Source: Flavobacterium sp. (GTDB lineage Bacteria > Bacteroidota > Bacteroidia > Flavobacteriales > Flavobacteriaceae). Taken from it: 64,000 nt of DNA. The notes beneath the pieces were generated by a model that was not told the origin of the DNA, did not search any database, and saw only the letters and a list, made by a program, of their open reading frames with translations. Positions 1 through 9,797 of the stretch are shown piece after piece (position 1 is the first letter of the stretch; each line of letters opens with the position of its first letter). A program made the position numbers and the translations under genes. The stretch spans positions 30,409-94,408 of the forward strand of contig JACMLU010000029.1 in NCBI GenBank assembly GCA_014379405.1. The letters are read 5' to 3'.

Positions 1-43
1 TTCTGGGCTGAAATCTGCCACAGACCACTGCCAACTTTTTTAC

Positions 44-51
44 TATCTTTG
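44..51 (+). promoter_or_regulatory. Bacteroidota sigma-A -7 element (TATCTTTG)
   Basis: Matches TAnnTTTG and ends 5 nt before the helicase ATG, implying a near-leaderless transcript. Confidence 0.6.
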
Positions 52-55
52 CAAA

Positions 56-1402
56 ATGAATAAAAAACACCATTCCAACAATATATTACTCAATTTAGGT
101 ATCGAAAACCTAAACGAAATGCAAATCGCTGCCCAAGAAACCATTTTGAGCGACAACAATATTTTGCTTTTATCGCCAACAGGTTCCGGGAAAACTTTGG
201 CTTTCTTGTTGCCAATTTTCGAAATGTTGAAACCCGAAATTCTTTCTGTGCAATGTTTGATTCTGGTTCCATCACGTGAATTAGGACTTCAAATTGAGCA
301 AGTATGGAAAAAAATGGGCACCGATTACAAAGTAAACGTTTGCTATGGCGGGCATTCCATCGAAACTGAAATCAAGAATTTAAGCAATCCGCCAGCAGTT
401 TTAATTGGAACACCGGGAAGAATCGCCGATCATATTGACCGAGGTACTTTTCGTTTGGACAAAATTGAAACTCTGATTCTTGACGAATTCGATAAATCGT
501 TGCAGTTGGGTTTTCACGAGCAAATGTCTTTCATTATTGGAAAACTTTCCAAACTGAACAAACGCGTTTTGGTTTCGGCAACTTCTGATATTGAAATACC
601 AAAATATACCAGAGTGGTCAATCCTACGATTTTGGATTTTATTCCAAATGAAGAAGAAACTAGCAATTTGGCCACGAAAATCGTGATTTCAAAGGAAAAA
701 GATAAAATGGGAAGTTTGTTCAACTTGATTTGTTCTTTGAAATCGCAATCGGCCATCGTGTTTTGCAATCATAGAGATGCTGCAGAACGCATTAGCGACA
801 CTTTGAACGAAAAAGGAATTTACGCTACTTATTATCATGGAGGAATGGATCAAGACGAGCGAGAACGTGCTTTAATCCAATTCAGAAACGGAAGCGTGAG
901 CTATTTAATCACAACTGATTTGGCTGCCCGTGGACTCGATATCCCCGAAATGAAGCACGTAATTCATTATCATTTGCCATTGAAGGAAGATGAATTCACG
1001 CATAGAAACGGAAGAACGGCTCGTATGCAAGCTTCTGGAACGGCTTATTTGATTGTGAATGATAGCGAGAAAAAGCTGGATTACATCAATTATGACATGG
1101 AAGTCTTGAAAGTGGAAAACAGCACGACTTTGCCAAAACCACCCGAATTTCAAACCATCTACATCAGCGGTGGAAAGAAAAACAAATTGAACAAAATTGA
1201 TGTCGTTGGATTCTTCTCCCAAAAAGGAAAATTGGAAAAAGGCGACTTGGGACTAATCGAAGTGAAGGATTTTATTTCGTTTGCTGCCGTAAAATTCAAT
1301 AAAGTCAAAGACTTGCTTCACAACATCAAGGATGAAAAAATGAAGGGAAAGAAGTTCAAAATTGAAGTAGCCAGAAAGGTTATCAAGAAAGAAGAGGAGT
1401 AA
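56..1402 (+). CDS. DEAD/DEAH-box RNA helicase with DbpA-type C-terminal RNA-binding domain
   Basis: Motifs PTGSGKT, PSREL, TPGR, DEFD, SAT, ARGLD, HRNGRTAR; C-terminal GGKKNK..KIDVVG. Confidence 0.93.
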   Translation: MNKKHHSNNILLNLGIENLNEMQIAAQETILSDNNILLLSPTGSGKTLAFLLPIFEMLKPEILSVQCLILVPSRELGLQIEQVWKKMGTDYKVNVCYGGHSIETEIKNLSNPPAVLIGTPGRIADHIDRGTFRLDKIETLILDEFDKSLQLGFHEQMSFIIGKLSKLNKRVLVSATSDIEIPKYTRVVNPTILDFIPNEEETSNLATKIVISKEKDKMGSLFNLICSLKSQSAIVFCNHRDAAERISDTLNEKGIYATYYHGGMDQDERERALIQFRNGSVSYLITTDLAARGLDIPEMKHVIHYHLPLKEDEFTHRNGRTARMQASGTAYLIVNDSEKKLDYINYDMEVLKVENSTTLPKPPEFQTIYISGGKKNKLNKIDVVGFFSQKGKLEKGDLGLIEVKDFISFAAVKFNKVKDLLHNIKDEKMKGKKFKIEVARKVIKKEEE

Positions 1403-1406
1403 TAAT

Positions 1407-1460
1407 CAGTCGCAGTTTACAGTCACAGTATACTGAAAACTGAGACTGCGACTGAAAACT
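1407..1460. repeat. Inverted CAGT/ACTG 6-7-mer microsatellite array (possible bidirectional terminator)
   Basis: cagtcg cagttta cagtca cagtatactg aaaactg agactg cgactg aaaact between convergent genes. Confidence 0.8.
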
Positions 1461-1463
1461 AAA

Positions 1464-2030
1464 TTATATTTTCTTCACGTATTGTGTGATAATAACGATA
1501 GTTTGACCATCAACTCGACCTTCAATATATTCGGCGTTTTCGTGGTCTAGTCTGATGTTTCTCACGGCAGTTCCTTGTTTGGCTACCATACTCGACCCTT
1601 TTACTTTCAAATCTTTAATCAAGACAACAGAATCTCCAGTTTCCAGAATCACTCCGTTGCTATCACGGTGAATCACTTTGTTCTCATCTTCTTCGCCTTC
1701 GCCAGAAGCTTGAGCCCAAGCCAAATCGTCTTCGTCCAAATACATTTGTTCCAACAATTCTTGGTTACCTAAACGACTCAACATTCTCCAAGAAACAACT
1801 TGAACTGGAAGATGTTCGCTCCACATACTATCATTCAAGCATCTCCAAAGGTTTACATCCATTTTTTCAGGATTCTCGATTTGGTCGATATGGGTTTTAC
1901 TGGCCAAAATACTTTCGTCTATTCCACCTTTTCGGGTTGGAAGAATTTGATATACTTTTAAATCTTCGGTAACGCCAGAAAGTTCACATTTTCCACCGCT
2001 GCGTTTGATTAATTCTCTTTCTATACTCAT
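1464..2030 (-). CDS. PhnA-domain protein (YjdM/PhnA-like)
   Basis: C-terminal DSNG..L..GDSVVLIKDLKVKGSS..KQGT PhnA signature. Confidence 0.85.
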   Translation of the reverse strand: MSIERELIKRSGGKCELSGVTEDLKVYQILPTRKGGIDESILASKTHIDQIENPEKMDVNLWRCLNDSMWSEHLPVQVVSWRMLSRLGNQELLEQMYLDEDDLAWAQASGEGEEDENKVIHRDSNGVILETGDSVVLIKDLKVKGSSMVAKQGTAVRNIRLDHENAEYIEGRVDGQTIVIITQYVKKI

Positions 2031-2085
2031 TTTTTGTTATGTTATTTTTTTGGCGAAAGTAGGCTATAAATGGAGTTTTTTAATT

Positions 2086-2544
2086 TTATTTTTTAACTCG
2101 TACTGCATCAGGAACCAATAATTCATATTGACCTTTATGTCGAATCACGTCTCTAACGATGCTGGAACTTATAAAGGATGTTTTTGCAGCAGTTAATAAA
2201 AACACGGTTTCAATTTTAGACATTCTTCTATTGGCGTGGGCAATGGCTTTTTCGAACTCGAAATCGGCTGGATTTCGTAGGCCACGAAGAATAAAATTGG
2301 CATTGATTTTTTTACATAAATCAATCGTCAAGCCTTCATAAGTGATTATAGAAACTTTAGGTTGGTCTTTGAAAGTTTCTTCGAGGAATTGTTTTCTTTC
2401 CTCGAGTGAAAACATATATTTTTTCTCGGCGTTGACTCCAATGGCAATTACAATTTCGTCAAACAAAGTAATTCCTCTTCTTATAATATCTTCGTGTCCC
2501 AATGTAATGGGGTCAAAAGATCCCGGAAAAATAGCTTTTCTCAT
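2086..2544 (-). CDS. coaD: Pantetheine-phosphate adenylyltransferase
   Basis: AIFPGSFDPITLGH, RGLR..DFEFE, ISSSIVR. Confidence 0.97.
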   Translation of the reverse strand: MRKAIFPGSFDPITLGHEDIIRRGITLFDEIVIAIGVNAEKKYMFSLEERKQFLEETFKDQPKVSIITYEGLTIDLCKKINANFILRGLRNPADFEFEKAIAHANRRMSKIETVFLLTAAKTSFISSSIVRDVIRHKGQYELLVPDAVRVKK

Positions 2545-2551
2545 TTTAATA

Positions 2552-3124
2552 TTAATTTATTTGTTTTTCAATTCTCGAATCTGGAACAATCCAAAGTAGC
2601 GCGATTGCAATATAGAGTAATCCTGAAATCCAAGGTGAAATAAAAGCCAACGGAATTGCTGAAACATAAACTAAGGTTGATATTTTACCTTTGAGGTCTT
2701 TTTCAACTGCTTTGTGTAAAATAGACTCGTTGCCTTCTAATTTTATAATTTTATTTTGGAGTATGTTATAAGCAACCGCACACATCAGCAATACAAAACC
2801 ATAAATACTCATAGGTACTGCCGAAAAATGATGTTCTCCAACCCAACTTGTGGCAAAAGGAATCAAGGACAGCCAAAAAAGTAAAAATAAATTACCCCAC
2901 AAAATAGAACCATTGATTCTCTTAACTACTTGAAACATATGATGATGGTTGTTCCAATAAATCCCCACGTAGATAAAGCTTAAAACATAACTTAAGAAAA
3001 CTGGAATTAAATGTAGTAAGGATTCAAAACTATCGTCTTCGGGTGCTTTTATTTCCAATACCATTATGGTGATGATAATGGCCAATACGCCATCGCTAAA
3101 GGCTTCGAGTCTGCTTTTGTTCAT
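2552..3124 (-). CDS. TMEM175-family (DUF1211) potassium-channel-like membrane protein
   Basis: RLEAFSDGVLAIIITIMVLE signature; YWNNHH. Confidence 0.9.
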   Translation of the reverse strand: MNKSRLEAFSDGVLAIIITIMVLEIKAPEDDSFESLLHLIPVFLSYVLSFIYVGIYWNNHHHMFQVVKRINGSILWGNLFLLFWLSLIPFATSWVGEHHFSAVPMSIYGFVLLMCAVAYNILQNKIIKLEGNESILHKAVEKDLKGKISTLVYVSAIPLAFISPWISGLLYIAIALLWIVPDSRIEKQIN

Positions 3125-3157
3125 AGTTTTAATTTATTTAATTTCCAAACAGCAATC

Positions 3158-3382
3158 TCACGATGCAATTTGAATTTTATGCTCTCTATAAGCTGCGTAG
3201 GAAAGACAAGCCCTAATTTGATTTTCGTCAAGTTCTGGAAAACCTTCAATAATTTCATTTATTGTCATTCCGTTGGCTAACCAATTTAAAACGTCAAAAA
3301 CCGTAATTCTTGTACTGATTATGATTGGTTTGCCAAAGCGTATTTCGGAATTTATTGCGATATATTGTTTGTAATCAATCAT
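3158..3382 (-). CDS. DUF433 domain protein (HTH, antitoxin-like)
   Basis: IRFGKPII..TRITV..VL..LA.GMT..EII..FPEL....IRACLSYAA. Confidence 0.88.
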   Translation of the reverse strand: MIDYKQYIAINSEIRFGKPIIISTRITVFDVLNWLANGMTINEIIEGFPELDENQIRACLSYAAYREHKIQIAS

Positions 3383-3473
3383 AATGATTTTGTTTTTTAC
3401 AAAGTTAACGAAATAATTATTTATTAGGTTATAATCAATTTGGTAGTATACTTAAACCAAAGGCTAATTTAGA

Positions 3474-4166
3474 TTATACTATTCTCAACGTTTTTATTGC
3501 CTCAACCCATTCTTCTTTGGAGCATATCTCACATATGGCAGTTCCAACTTTTTGTTTTTCGGTATGTCCACAAAAAGTACAGGAATAAATGCCGCTGGTT
3601 GGAATGGTTTTACTTTTTTTATGGAATAAAGAGGGCAAAATAGGTAATCCGTGTTTTACCTGTTGGTCTTCATAATAAAATACACTGACTTCCCCGGTGG
3701 TTTCTAGAAAAGCATTTTTTATCTGGCCTAAATGTTCTATGGATTTGATTCGAAGTTCAGAGAAAAATTCATCTTGTGCCAAGCTTTCTTTTTTGAAAGT
3801 AGTCACAGAAAATTTTCCTTCATAGATAATACATTCTGTTTTTCCTTCAATGAATTCTTCGAATTTTTTGCTTTTTCCCGTAAGCCAGGTAACCGAGCGG
3901 TATAAAATAATGATGACCAGAAAAACTACTGCCGCAGGTAAAATCCCTACATCTTCATAAAACATAGGGTCTCCCGCCGCAGAGCCTAATGCGATAATGA
4001 TTACAGTTTCAAAAATAGATAATTGTTTGACGCCGCGTTTTCCTGCTAGTTTTAATGTCAACAATAAAATTATGAACATTACAGTTGAACGAAATATAAC
4101 TTCTAAAATAAAATTCTCAGGCAAATCATTATAAAATATTCTATTCCATTCAAAAATTTCTTTCAT
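3474..4166 (-). CDS. DUF421/YetF-family membrane protein with C-terminal Cys pairs
   Basis: GKRGVKQLSIFE..IIIALGSAAG; LETTGEVSV; terminal CxxC..CxxC. Confidence 0.85.
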   Translation of the reverse strand: MKEIFEWNRIFYNDLPENFILEVIFRSTVMFIILLLTLKLAGKRGVKQLSIFETVIIIALGSAAGDPMFYEDVGILPAAVVFLVIIILYRSVTWLTGKSKKFEEFIEGKTECIIYEGKFSVTTFKKESLAQDEFFSELRIKSIEHLGQIKNAFLETTGEVSVFYYEDQQVKHGLPILPSLFHKKSKTIPTSGIYSCTFCGHTEKQKVGTAICEICSKEEWVEAIKTLRIV

Positions 4167-4172
4167 GATTGT

Positions 4173-5147
4173 TTAGTTTTTAAGGCTTAACTCAATGGCG
4201 TTGGTGAACAAATCCTCCAATGAAATTCCTGCTGCTTTGGCTTGCTGCGGAATCAAACTTTCGGTGGTAAGACCTGGGATTGTGTTCATTTCAAGCATAT
4301 GAGGTTCCCCATTTACAAAGATGAATTCGCTTCTGGAGAAACCTTTCATTTTCAGGACTTCATAAGCACGTTTCGCTGCTTCGCTTACTTTTAGGGTCAT
4401 TTCTTCGGAGATTCTGGCAGGTGTGATTTCCTGTGATTTTCCTTGGTATTTGGCTTCATAATCGAAAAAGTCGTTTTCTGAAACTATTTCGGTTATCGGC
4501 AAAACGATTATTTCTCCTTGGTAATTGATGACACCAACAGAAACTTCGGTTCCGTCCAAGAAACTTTCGATAATGATTTCGTTATCTTCTTGGTAAGCCA
4601 CTTCAATAGCGATTGGTAATTCGGCTTCGGTTTTTACTTTGGAAATTCCAAAACTTGAACCTGATTTGTTGGGTTTCACGAAACAAGGCAAACCTACGGT
4701 TTTCACGATTTCGGCAGTGTTGATGTGTTCGCCTTTGTTCAAATAATAAGAAGTGGCGGTTTTGATGCCGTAAGGTTTTAGGACCGAAAGTAAATCGCGT
4801 TTATTGAATGTCAATGCGGCTTGGTAATAATCGCAGGAAGATTGTGGTAGACCGATTAATTCAAAATACGCCTGCATCAATCCATCTTCGCCCGGAGTTC
4901 CATGTATGGCATTGAAAACACAGTCGAATGTGATTTTGGTTCCGTTCACCGTAGTTGAAAAATCATTTTTGTCTATTGGGAATTCAGCTTCATTGTTATC
5001 GACATAAACCCATTTTTCTTTGAAGATATGGATTCTGAATCCGTTGTATTTGGTTTTGTCAAGAAATTGATAAACAACGTTTCCGCTGATTAAGGATATT
5101 TTGTATTCGCTTGAATATCCGCCCATTATGATGGCAATGTTTTTCAT
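4173..5147 (-). CDS. ddl: D-alanine--D-alanine ligase
   Basis: GGYSSEYKISLISG, HGTPGEDG, GSSFG, LEMNTIPG. Confidence 0.96.
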   Translation of the reverse strand: MKNIAIIMGGYSSEYKISLISGNVVYQFLDKTKYNGFRIHIFKEKWVYVDNNEAEFPIDKNDFSTTVNGTKITFDCVFNAIHGTPGEDGLMQAYFELIGLPQSSCDYYQAALTFNKRDLLSVLKPYGIKTATSYYLNKGEHINTAEIVKTVGLPCFVKPNKSGSSFGISKVKTEAELPIAIEVAYQEDNEIIIESFLDGTEVSVGVINYQGEIIVLPITEIVSENDFFDYEAKYQGKSQEITPARISEEMTLKVSEAAKRAYEVLKMKGFSRSEFIFVNGEPHMLEMNTIPGLTTESLIPQQAKAAGISLEDLFTNAIELSLKN

Positions 5148-5266
5148 TTTATAAGTTTAATAGGTTTAGGTGTTAAATGATTAATCGATTTAACGTATTC
5201 TAAACAAAATTAGAATTTTTTTTGGAACGAAATAGCTTTATCTTTGCGACTTATAAAAATAAATTT

Positions 5267-5881
5267 ATGAGCTTACGTAAGTATCTTACCAGTCGTGTTT
5301 TTTTTGCACAAGCATTAGCTGCACTTGTCATTCTTGCCGTTTTGAGTTATTTGTTCATGCATTGGTTGACTTTTACTACCGATCACGGTCACGAAATTAC
5401 CGTACCTAATTTGGCCAAATTGACAGAGGAACAAGTGGAAGAAAAATTGGATGAGTTGGACTTGGATTACGTGCTTTTGGACAGTGTGGATTACAACAGC
5501 GATTATCCAAAATACAGCGTGGTGGAGCAAGATCCTTTACCGGGTGCCAAAGTAAAAGAAGGTAGAAAAGTGTATATAAAAATAAATGCTTCCGGGTTTT
5601 CGTCTGTGCGAATTCCTGATTTGATTGACAAAACCTATCGTGAAGCGGTACCAACATTAAAAGCCTTGGGGCTTGAAGAAGGAACCATTACGTATATTCC
5701 GAATCTTGGAAAAGACATGGTGCTGGAAATGCGTTACAAAGGAAGAAATGTTAAAGCAGGCGACCGAGTTTTGAAAGCTTCCAAAATTGATTTGGTGTTA
5801 GGCGACGGAAAAGAAAGTTATGTAGAAGAAGTGGACTCTACAGCCACACCACCAATTGAGGAATTACCGAATGAACAATAA
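5267..5881 (+). CDS. PASTA-domain membrane protein
   Basis: N-terminal TM helix then VPNL/IPDL PASTA repeats; start moved to ATG 5267, downstream of TATCTTTG (5239-5246). Confidence 0.85.
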   Translation: MSLRKYLTSRVFFAQALAALVILAVLSYLFMHWLTFTTDHGHEITVPNLAKLTEEQVEEKLDELDLDYVLLDSVDYNSDYPKYSVVEQDPLPGAKVKEGRKVYIKINASGFSSVRIPDLIDKTYREAVPTLKALGLEEGTITYIPNLGKDMVLEMRYKGRNVKAGDRVLKASKIDLVLGDGKESYVEEVDSTATPPIEELPNEQ

Positions 5882-6911
5882 TATTGATACTACCGAGGAT
5901 TTAGAAGACGAATTATTTGAACATTATCGATTTGACGTTCCTAAAGGACAGGAGTTTTTGAGGATTGACAAGTATTTGATGAATATGATTCCGAATGCGA
6001 CTCGGAACAAAATCCAAAATGCTGCAACTGCCGGCGATATTTATGTGAATGATATTCCCGTAAAATCGAATTATAAAGTAAAACCTTTGGACGTGATACG
6101 CATTATGTTGTCGCATCCGCCGTTTGAAAACAGGGTAGATCCTGAAAATATTCCATTGAATATTGTCTATGAAGATGATGCACTTTTGCTGGTAAACAAA
6201 CCGCCAGATTTTGTGGTTCATCCAGGTCACGGTAATTATACGGGAACCTTGGTGAATGCCTTGGCGTATCATTTCGAGAATTTGCCAATGAACAGCAGCG
6301 AACGTCCGGGATTGGTTCACCGAATTGACAAAGACACTTCGGGACTTTTGGTTATTGCCAAAACGGAAGCAGCTATGACGCATCTTGCCAAGCAGTTTGA
6401 AGCCAAAACTACCGAAAGAGAATACATCGCTTTAGTTTGGGGAAATGTGGTGGAAGAGGAAGGAACGATTGAAGGCAACATTGCCCGTCACGTAAAAGAC
6501 CGTATGCAAATGGCGGTTTTTGCCGATCCCGAAATTGGAAAACCGGCCGTAACACATTACAAAGTTTTGGAACGTTTTGGTTACGTGACTTTGGTTTCCT
6601 GTATTTTGGAAACAGGAAGAACGCACCAGATTCGCGTTCACATGAAACACATTGGGCATCCACTTTTCAATGACGAGCGTTATGGCGGTCATTTGATTTT
6701 GAAAGGAACCACGTTTACCAAATACAAACAATTCATAGAAAACTGTTTCAAGGCTTTGCCACGTCAGGCTTTGCACGCCAAAACACTTGGATTTGTTCAT
6801 CCGAACACGGGAGAATATATGCGTTTTGATACTGAATTGCCGCAAGATTTTCAGGATTGTATCGAAAAATGGAGAGGCTATTCGAAAACACACGCTAACG
6901 AAGAGGAGTAA
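5871..6911 (+). CDS. rluD: RluA/RluD-family 23S rRNA pseudouridine synthase
   Basis: S4 domain RIDKYL, VHRIDKDTSG, GRTHQIRVH, QALHA; start moved to ATG 5871. Confidence 0.9.
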   Translation: MNNNIDTTEDLEDELFEHYRFDVPKGQEFLRIDKYLMNMIPNATRNKIQNAATAGDIYVNDIPVKSNYKVKPLDVIRIMLSHPPFENRVDPENIPLNIVYEDDALLLVNKPPDFVVHPGHGNYTGTLVNALAYHFENLPMNSSERPGLVHRIDKDTSGLLVIAKTEAAMTHLAKQFEAKTTEREYIALVWGNVVEEEGTIEGNIARHVKDRMQMAVFADPEIGKPAVTHYKVLERFGYVTLVSCILETGRTHQIRVHMKHIGHPLFNDERYGGHLILKGTTFTKYKQFIENCFKALPRQALHAKTLGFVHPNTGEYMRFDTELPQDFQDCIEKWRGYSKTHANEEE

Positions 6912-6990
6912 AGATTGGGACGCCGATTACGCTGATTTTGGCGGATAAAAACGGATTTTTTTCGGTGTTGTTTTGAAAATATAAAATGAT

Positions 6991-7014
6991 AAAGCCCCAA
7001 TTTGGGGCTTTTTT
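6991..7014. terminator. Intrinsic terminator (likely bidirectional)
   Basis: aaagcccca-att-tggggcttt hairpin plus T tract between convergent genes. Confidence 0.75.
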
Positions 7015-7018
7015 GTGT

Positions 7019-7495
7019 TTAACAGTCTTTTGGTTGTTCCGAAAACATTTTGTCCATTCGGATTTGCATTTCTTCTTGGGAAACGTCTTCAATGTGGGTT
7101 GCTATCATCCATTTATAACCAAAAGGGTCAAGGACTTGCCCGGTCCGGTCTCCATAAAATTCGTCTTTTACAGGCATAATTACGGTAGCTCCGGCATCGA
7201 TTGCTTTTTGGAATACTTGGTCAACATCTGCAACATACAAACCAATGGTTACTGGATTACCGCCTAATGTTTCAGGACTTTTGGTTCCCCAATCTGGGTT
7301 TTCGTCAGCCATCATTAATAATGAACCTTCTATTTCTAGTTCTGCGTGGGCTATTTTACCATCAGGCATTAACAAACGCAATTTTTCGATTGCTCCAAAT
7401 GCTTTTTTGTAAAATGCAATGGCATCGCTGCAGCCTTTAATGTTGATGTAAGGATTAAGCGAGTTGGCTCCTGGATAAATGTGTGATTTTGCCAT
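7019..7495 (-). CDS. VOC/glyoxalase (PhnB-like) family protein
   Basis: AIAFYKKAFGA, HAELEIEGS, FYGDR.G...DPFG..W. Confidence 0.9.
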   Translation of the reverse strand: MAKSHIYPGANSLNPYINIKGCSDAIAFYKKAFGAIEKLRLLMPDGKIAHAELEIEGSLLMMADENPDWGTKSPETLGGNPVTIGLYVADVDQVFQKAIDAGATVIMPVKDEFYGDRTGQVLDPFGYKWMIATHIEDVSQEEMQIRMDKMFSEQPKDC

Positions 7496-7641
7496 AACTT
7501 TAAGTATTTAATTTATGAGTAAGGTTAATAACGTAAAGGTTGCCTTAAATAGTGTTTTGTAGTGCTTAAATTTAAGGAATTGATTTTGTTAGGATTAGTA
7601 TGGGCAGGATAGTTTTTATTAGCTAGGATTTTGTGAAAACT

Positions 7642-8223
7642 TTATTTTTTATAATAATCAATTTCGTTTCTCATTAACAGTTCAATCTCTTGCCATAATT
7701 TTGTCATTTTTTCACTTCTCTCTATTTGCCCAATACTTTGTAATTCGGTTACATTTTGTTCTAAACTATTAGAACCAGACATTCTGTTTAATACAGATTG
7801 AAAGTCCTCTGTAAAATCGTTTACAATACTTTTATATTCATTAATTTTGGGAAGTAATTTATCACTTGCTACTAATTTTAATTTATTTAATTCTTGATTA
7901 ATAATCATCATTGGTTGTAAGGATCTTTTAGTTGTCTCGAGTAAGTCAGCGTTAAATTTTAGTAAAGCATTATTAATTCGGTTTTCATCTCCAGTCACTA
8001 TTTCGGACATAAATTCATTACCAATTCCATATATCATTTTTGGGTCATTTCTCATACTCAAACTCATTTCGTCCATTTGATTCATAAAGTTTGAATAAAC
8101 ATCAAATCTTTTTTCAATTGCCGTGTCTGATTTTTGATACTTTCTGTTTAAACGAAATTGGACTATCCCCCAAATCCAACCTAATAGCCCCAATCCTATT
8201 ATTAAGTAATCTTTTGTTTCCAT
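7642..8223 (-). CDS. Hypothetical protein (N-terminal TM anchor, helical), AT-rich
   Basis: 193-aa ORF with N-terminal hydrophobic helix; TATATTTG promoter element on the minus strand at 8322-8329. Confidence 0.7.
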   Translation of the reverse strand: METKDYLIIGLGLLGWIWGIVQFRLNRKYQKSDTAIEKRFDVYSNFMNQMDEMSLSMRNDPKMIYGIGNEFMSEIVTGDENRINNALLKFNADLLETTKRSLQPMMIINQELNKLKLVASDKLLPKINEYKSIVNDFTEDFQSVLNRMSGSNSLEQNVTELQSIGQIERSEKMTKLWQEIELLMRNEIDYYKK

Positions 8224-8354
8224 TTTTTTTTATGTTACTTAAACACTCGTATTTAAGTTATAAAGTTGTTGAATTTATTTATTATTAGATTGCTTAGTTA
8301 AAAACTCAATCTTAATCCCCCCAAATATACCAAAATAAACAAGGCGAAATTTAC

Positions 8355-8804
8355 CTACAACATCTTCTCAAAACAAACGCTATTCTCCACACCTTCATAC
8401 TTCCCGAAATTAGGAATTATGATGTAGCGATTCTTTTTATAAAGTACTATTGCTTCGGGTTGGTTTTTGCCTGTTTCTAGAATACATTTTTTGATGCTCA
8501 ACTCTCTACACCAAATTTCCAATGCAGCCAGAATTGTCGAGGCTATTCCTTGTCTTCGTTTGTGTAGCGGAACAAACATTCGTTTGACTTCCATAGTGTC
8601 GTGCGAGTAAGCTCTTAACGCACCGCAACCAATGGGTTCGTTTTGGTCGAAAGCCATAACGACATAATTTAGGGTGTTGGTTTTATTTAATGCGGCATAA
8701 AATGAATGTTCTTCGCCGTCACGTTCCTGTAATTCAAGATCCAATAATTTTACCAATTCTTGAAAATCAATGTCGTCAGAATTTGTTCTTTTGATGGTAA
8801 TCAT
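8355..8804 (-). CDS. GNAT-family N-acetyltransferase
   Basis: EVKRMFV...RRQGIA, LETG..QPEAI.LY; start moved to ATG 8804. Confidence 0.88.
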   Translation of the reverse strand: MITIKRTNSDDIDFQELVKLLDLELQERDGEEHSFYAALNKTNTLNYVVMAFDQNEPIGCGALRAYSHDTMEVKRMFVPLHKRRQGIASTILAALEIWCRELSIKKCILETGKNQPEAIVLYKKNRYIIIPNFGKYEGVENSVCFEKML

Positions 8805-8823
8805 ATTGGGTGATTTGAGGTTG

Positions 8824-9774
8824 TTATTTGGCAATATACTTTGAACCCTGTACAATTCCCCTGCGTTCGATTTCTTTCTCGATATAGGTTTGAATCTGGG
8901 TTTTTTTCAAGCCCCAATTGGGTGCAATCAGCAAATTCCAATCGGAGATTCCAAACAAACGCTGGATGACAATATCGGGACGCAACAGCGGAATCAATTC
9001 ACAAAGTAAGTCGGTGTATTCTTCCAAAGTGAAGAGTTTGAAAGGATTTCTCTTGTATTTAACTCCCATAATCGAGCCTTCGACGATGTGCAAATGGTGG
9101 AATTTCACGAACTTGATCTGTGGAAAACGGTTGATTTCGTGAATGTAATTCAGCATCATTTCCCGAGTTTCCCAAGGAAAACCAAAAATGGTGTGGACGC
9201 ATAAATCGAGAGGGCTGCCTTTCAACAATTCCACTGCGGCGACAAATTCGGCGTGGCTGCAACCTCGGTTGATTTGCTCCAAGGTTTCGTCATAAATCGA
9301 TTCCATTCCCATTTCCAAATCAACGTCAAATCTATCGCAATAGCTTTCCAGCAAAGCCACTTTTTCGGCATCGATGCAATCCGGTCGCGTGCCAACGGAA
9401 AAACCGACCACATCCTCGGTATTGATGGACAAAGCTTCGTCGTACATTGTTTTCAAAAGGGAAACAGGCGCATAGGTATTGGAATTCGGCTGAAAATAAA
9501 CAATGAATTTATCGGCTTTATAGTGGTTTTTGGCACGTTCCATTCCGTCCTTCAACTGCGATTGCATTGTCAAGGATGTTCTGGAAATTTCCGGCGTGAA
9601 CGAATCGACATTGCAATAGGTGCAACCGCCGAAGCCTTTGCTTCCGTCTCGGTTGGGACAGGAAAAACCTCCATCGACAATGACTTTGTAAACGCGTTGT
9701 CCGTTGTATTTTTCACGCAAGTGTGCGCCGTAATTGTTGTATCCCTTGGCTTCTGAATGGGGTGTTGTCTTCAT
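8824..9774 (-). CDS. TIGR01212 (YhcC-like) radical SAM protein
   Basis: GFSCPNRDG...GGCTYC, GTRPDC, VKFHHLHIV. Confidence 0.92.
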   Translation of the reverse strand: MKTTPHSEAKGYNNYGAHLREKYNGQRVYKVIVDGGFSCPNRDGSKGFGGCTYCNVDSFTPEISRTSLTMQSQLKDGMERAKNHYKADKFIVYFQPNSNTYAPVSLLKTMYDEALSINTEDVVGFSVGTRPDCIDAEKVALLESYCDRFDVDLEMGMESIYDETLEQINRGCSHAEFVAAVELLKGSPLDLCVHTIFGFPWETREMMLNYIHEINRFPQIKFVKFHHLHIVEGSIMGVKYKRNPFKLFTLEEYTDLLCELIPLLRPDIVIQRLFGISDWNLLIAPNWGLKKTQIQTYIEKEIERRGIVQGSKYIAK

Positions 9775-9797
9775 TCTTCAAAAATACGAAATCCGAT

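Noticed and set aside
5913-6893. Long antisense ORFs (156 and 153 aa) over rluD, and similar shadow ORFs throughout (e.g. 9253-9756, 29706-30134)
   Set aside because: Antisense to well-supported genes with no recognisable motifs; explained by codon bias.
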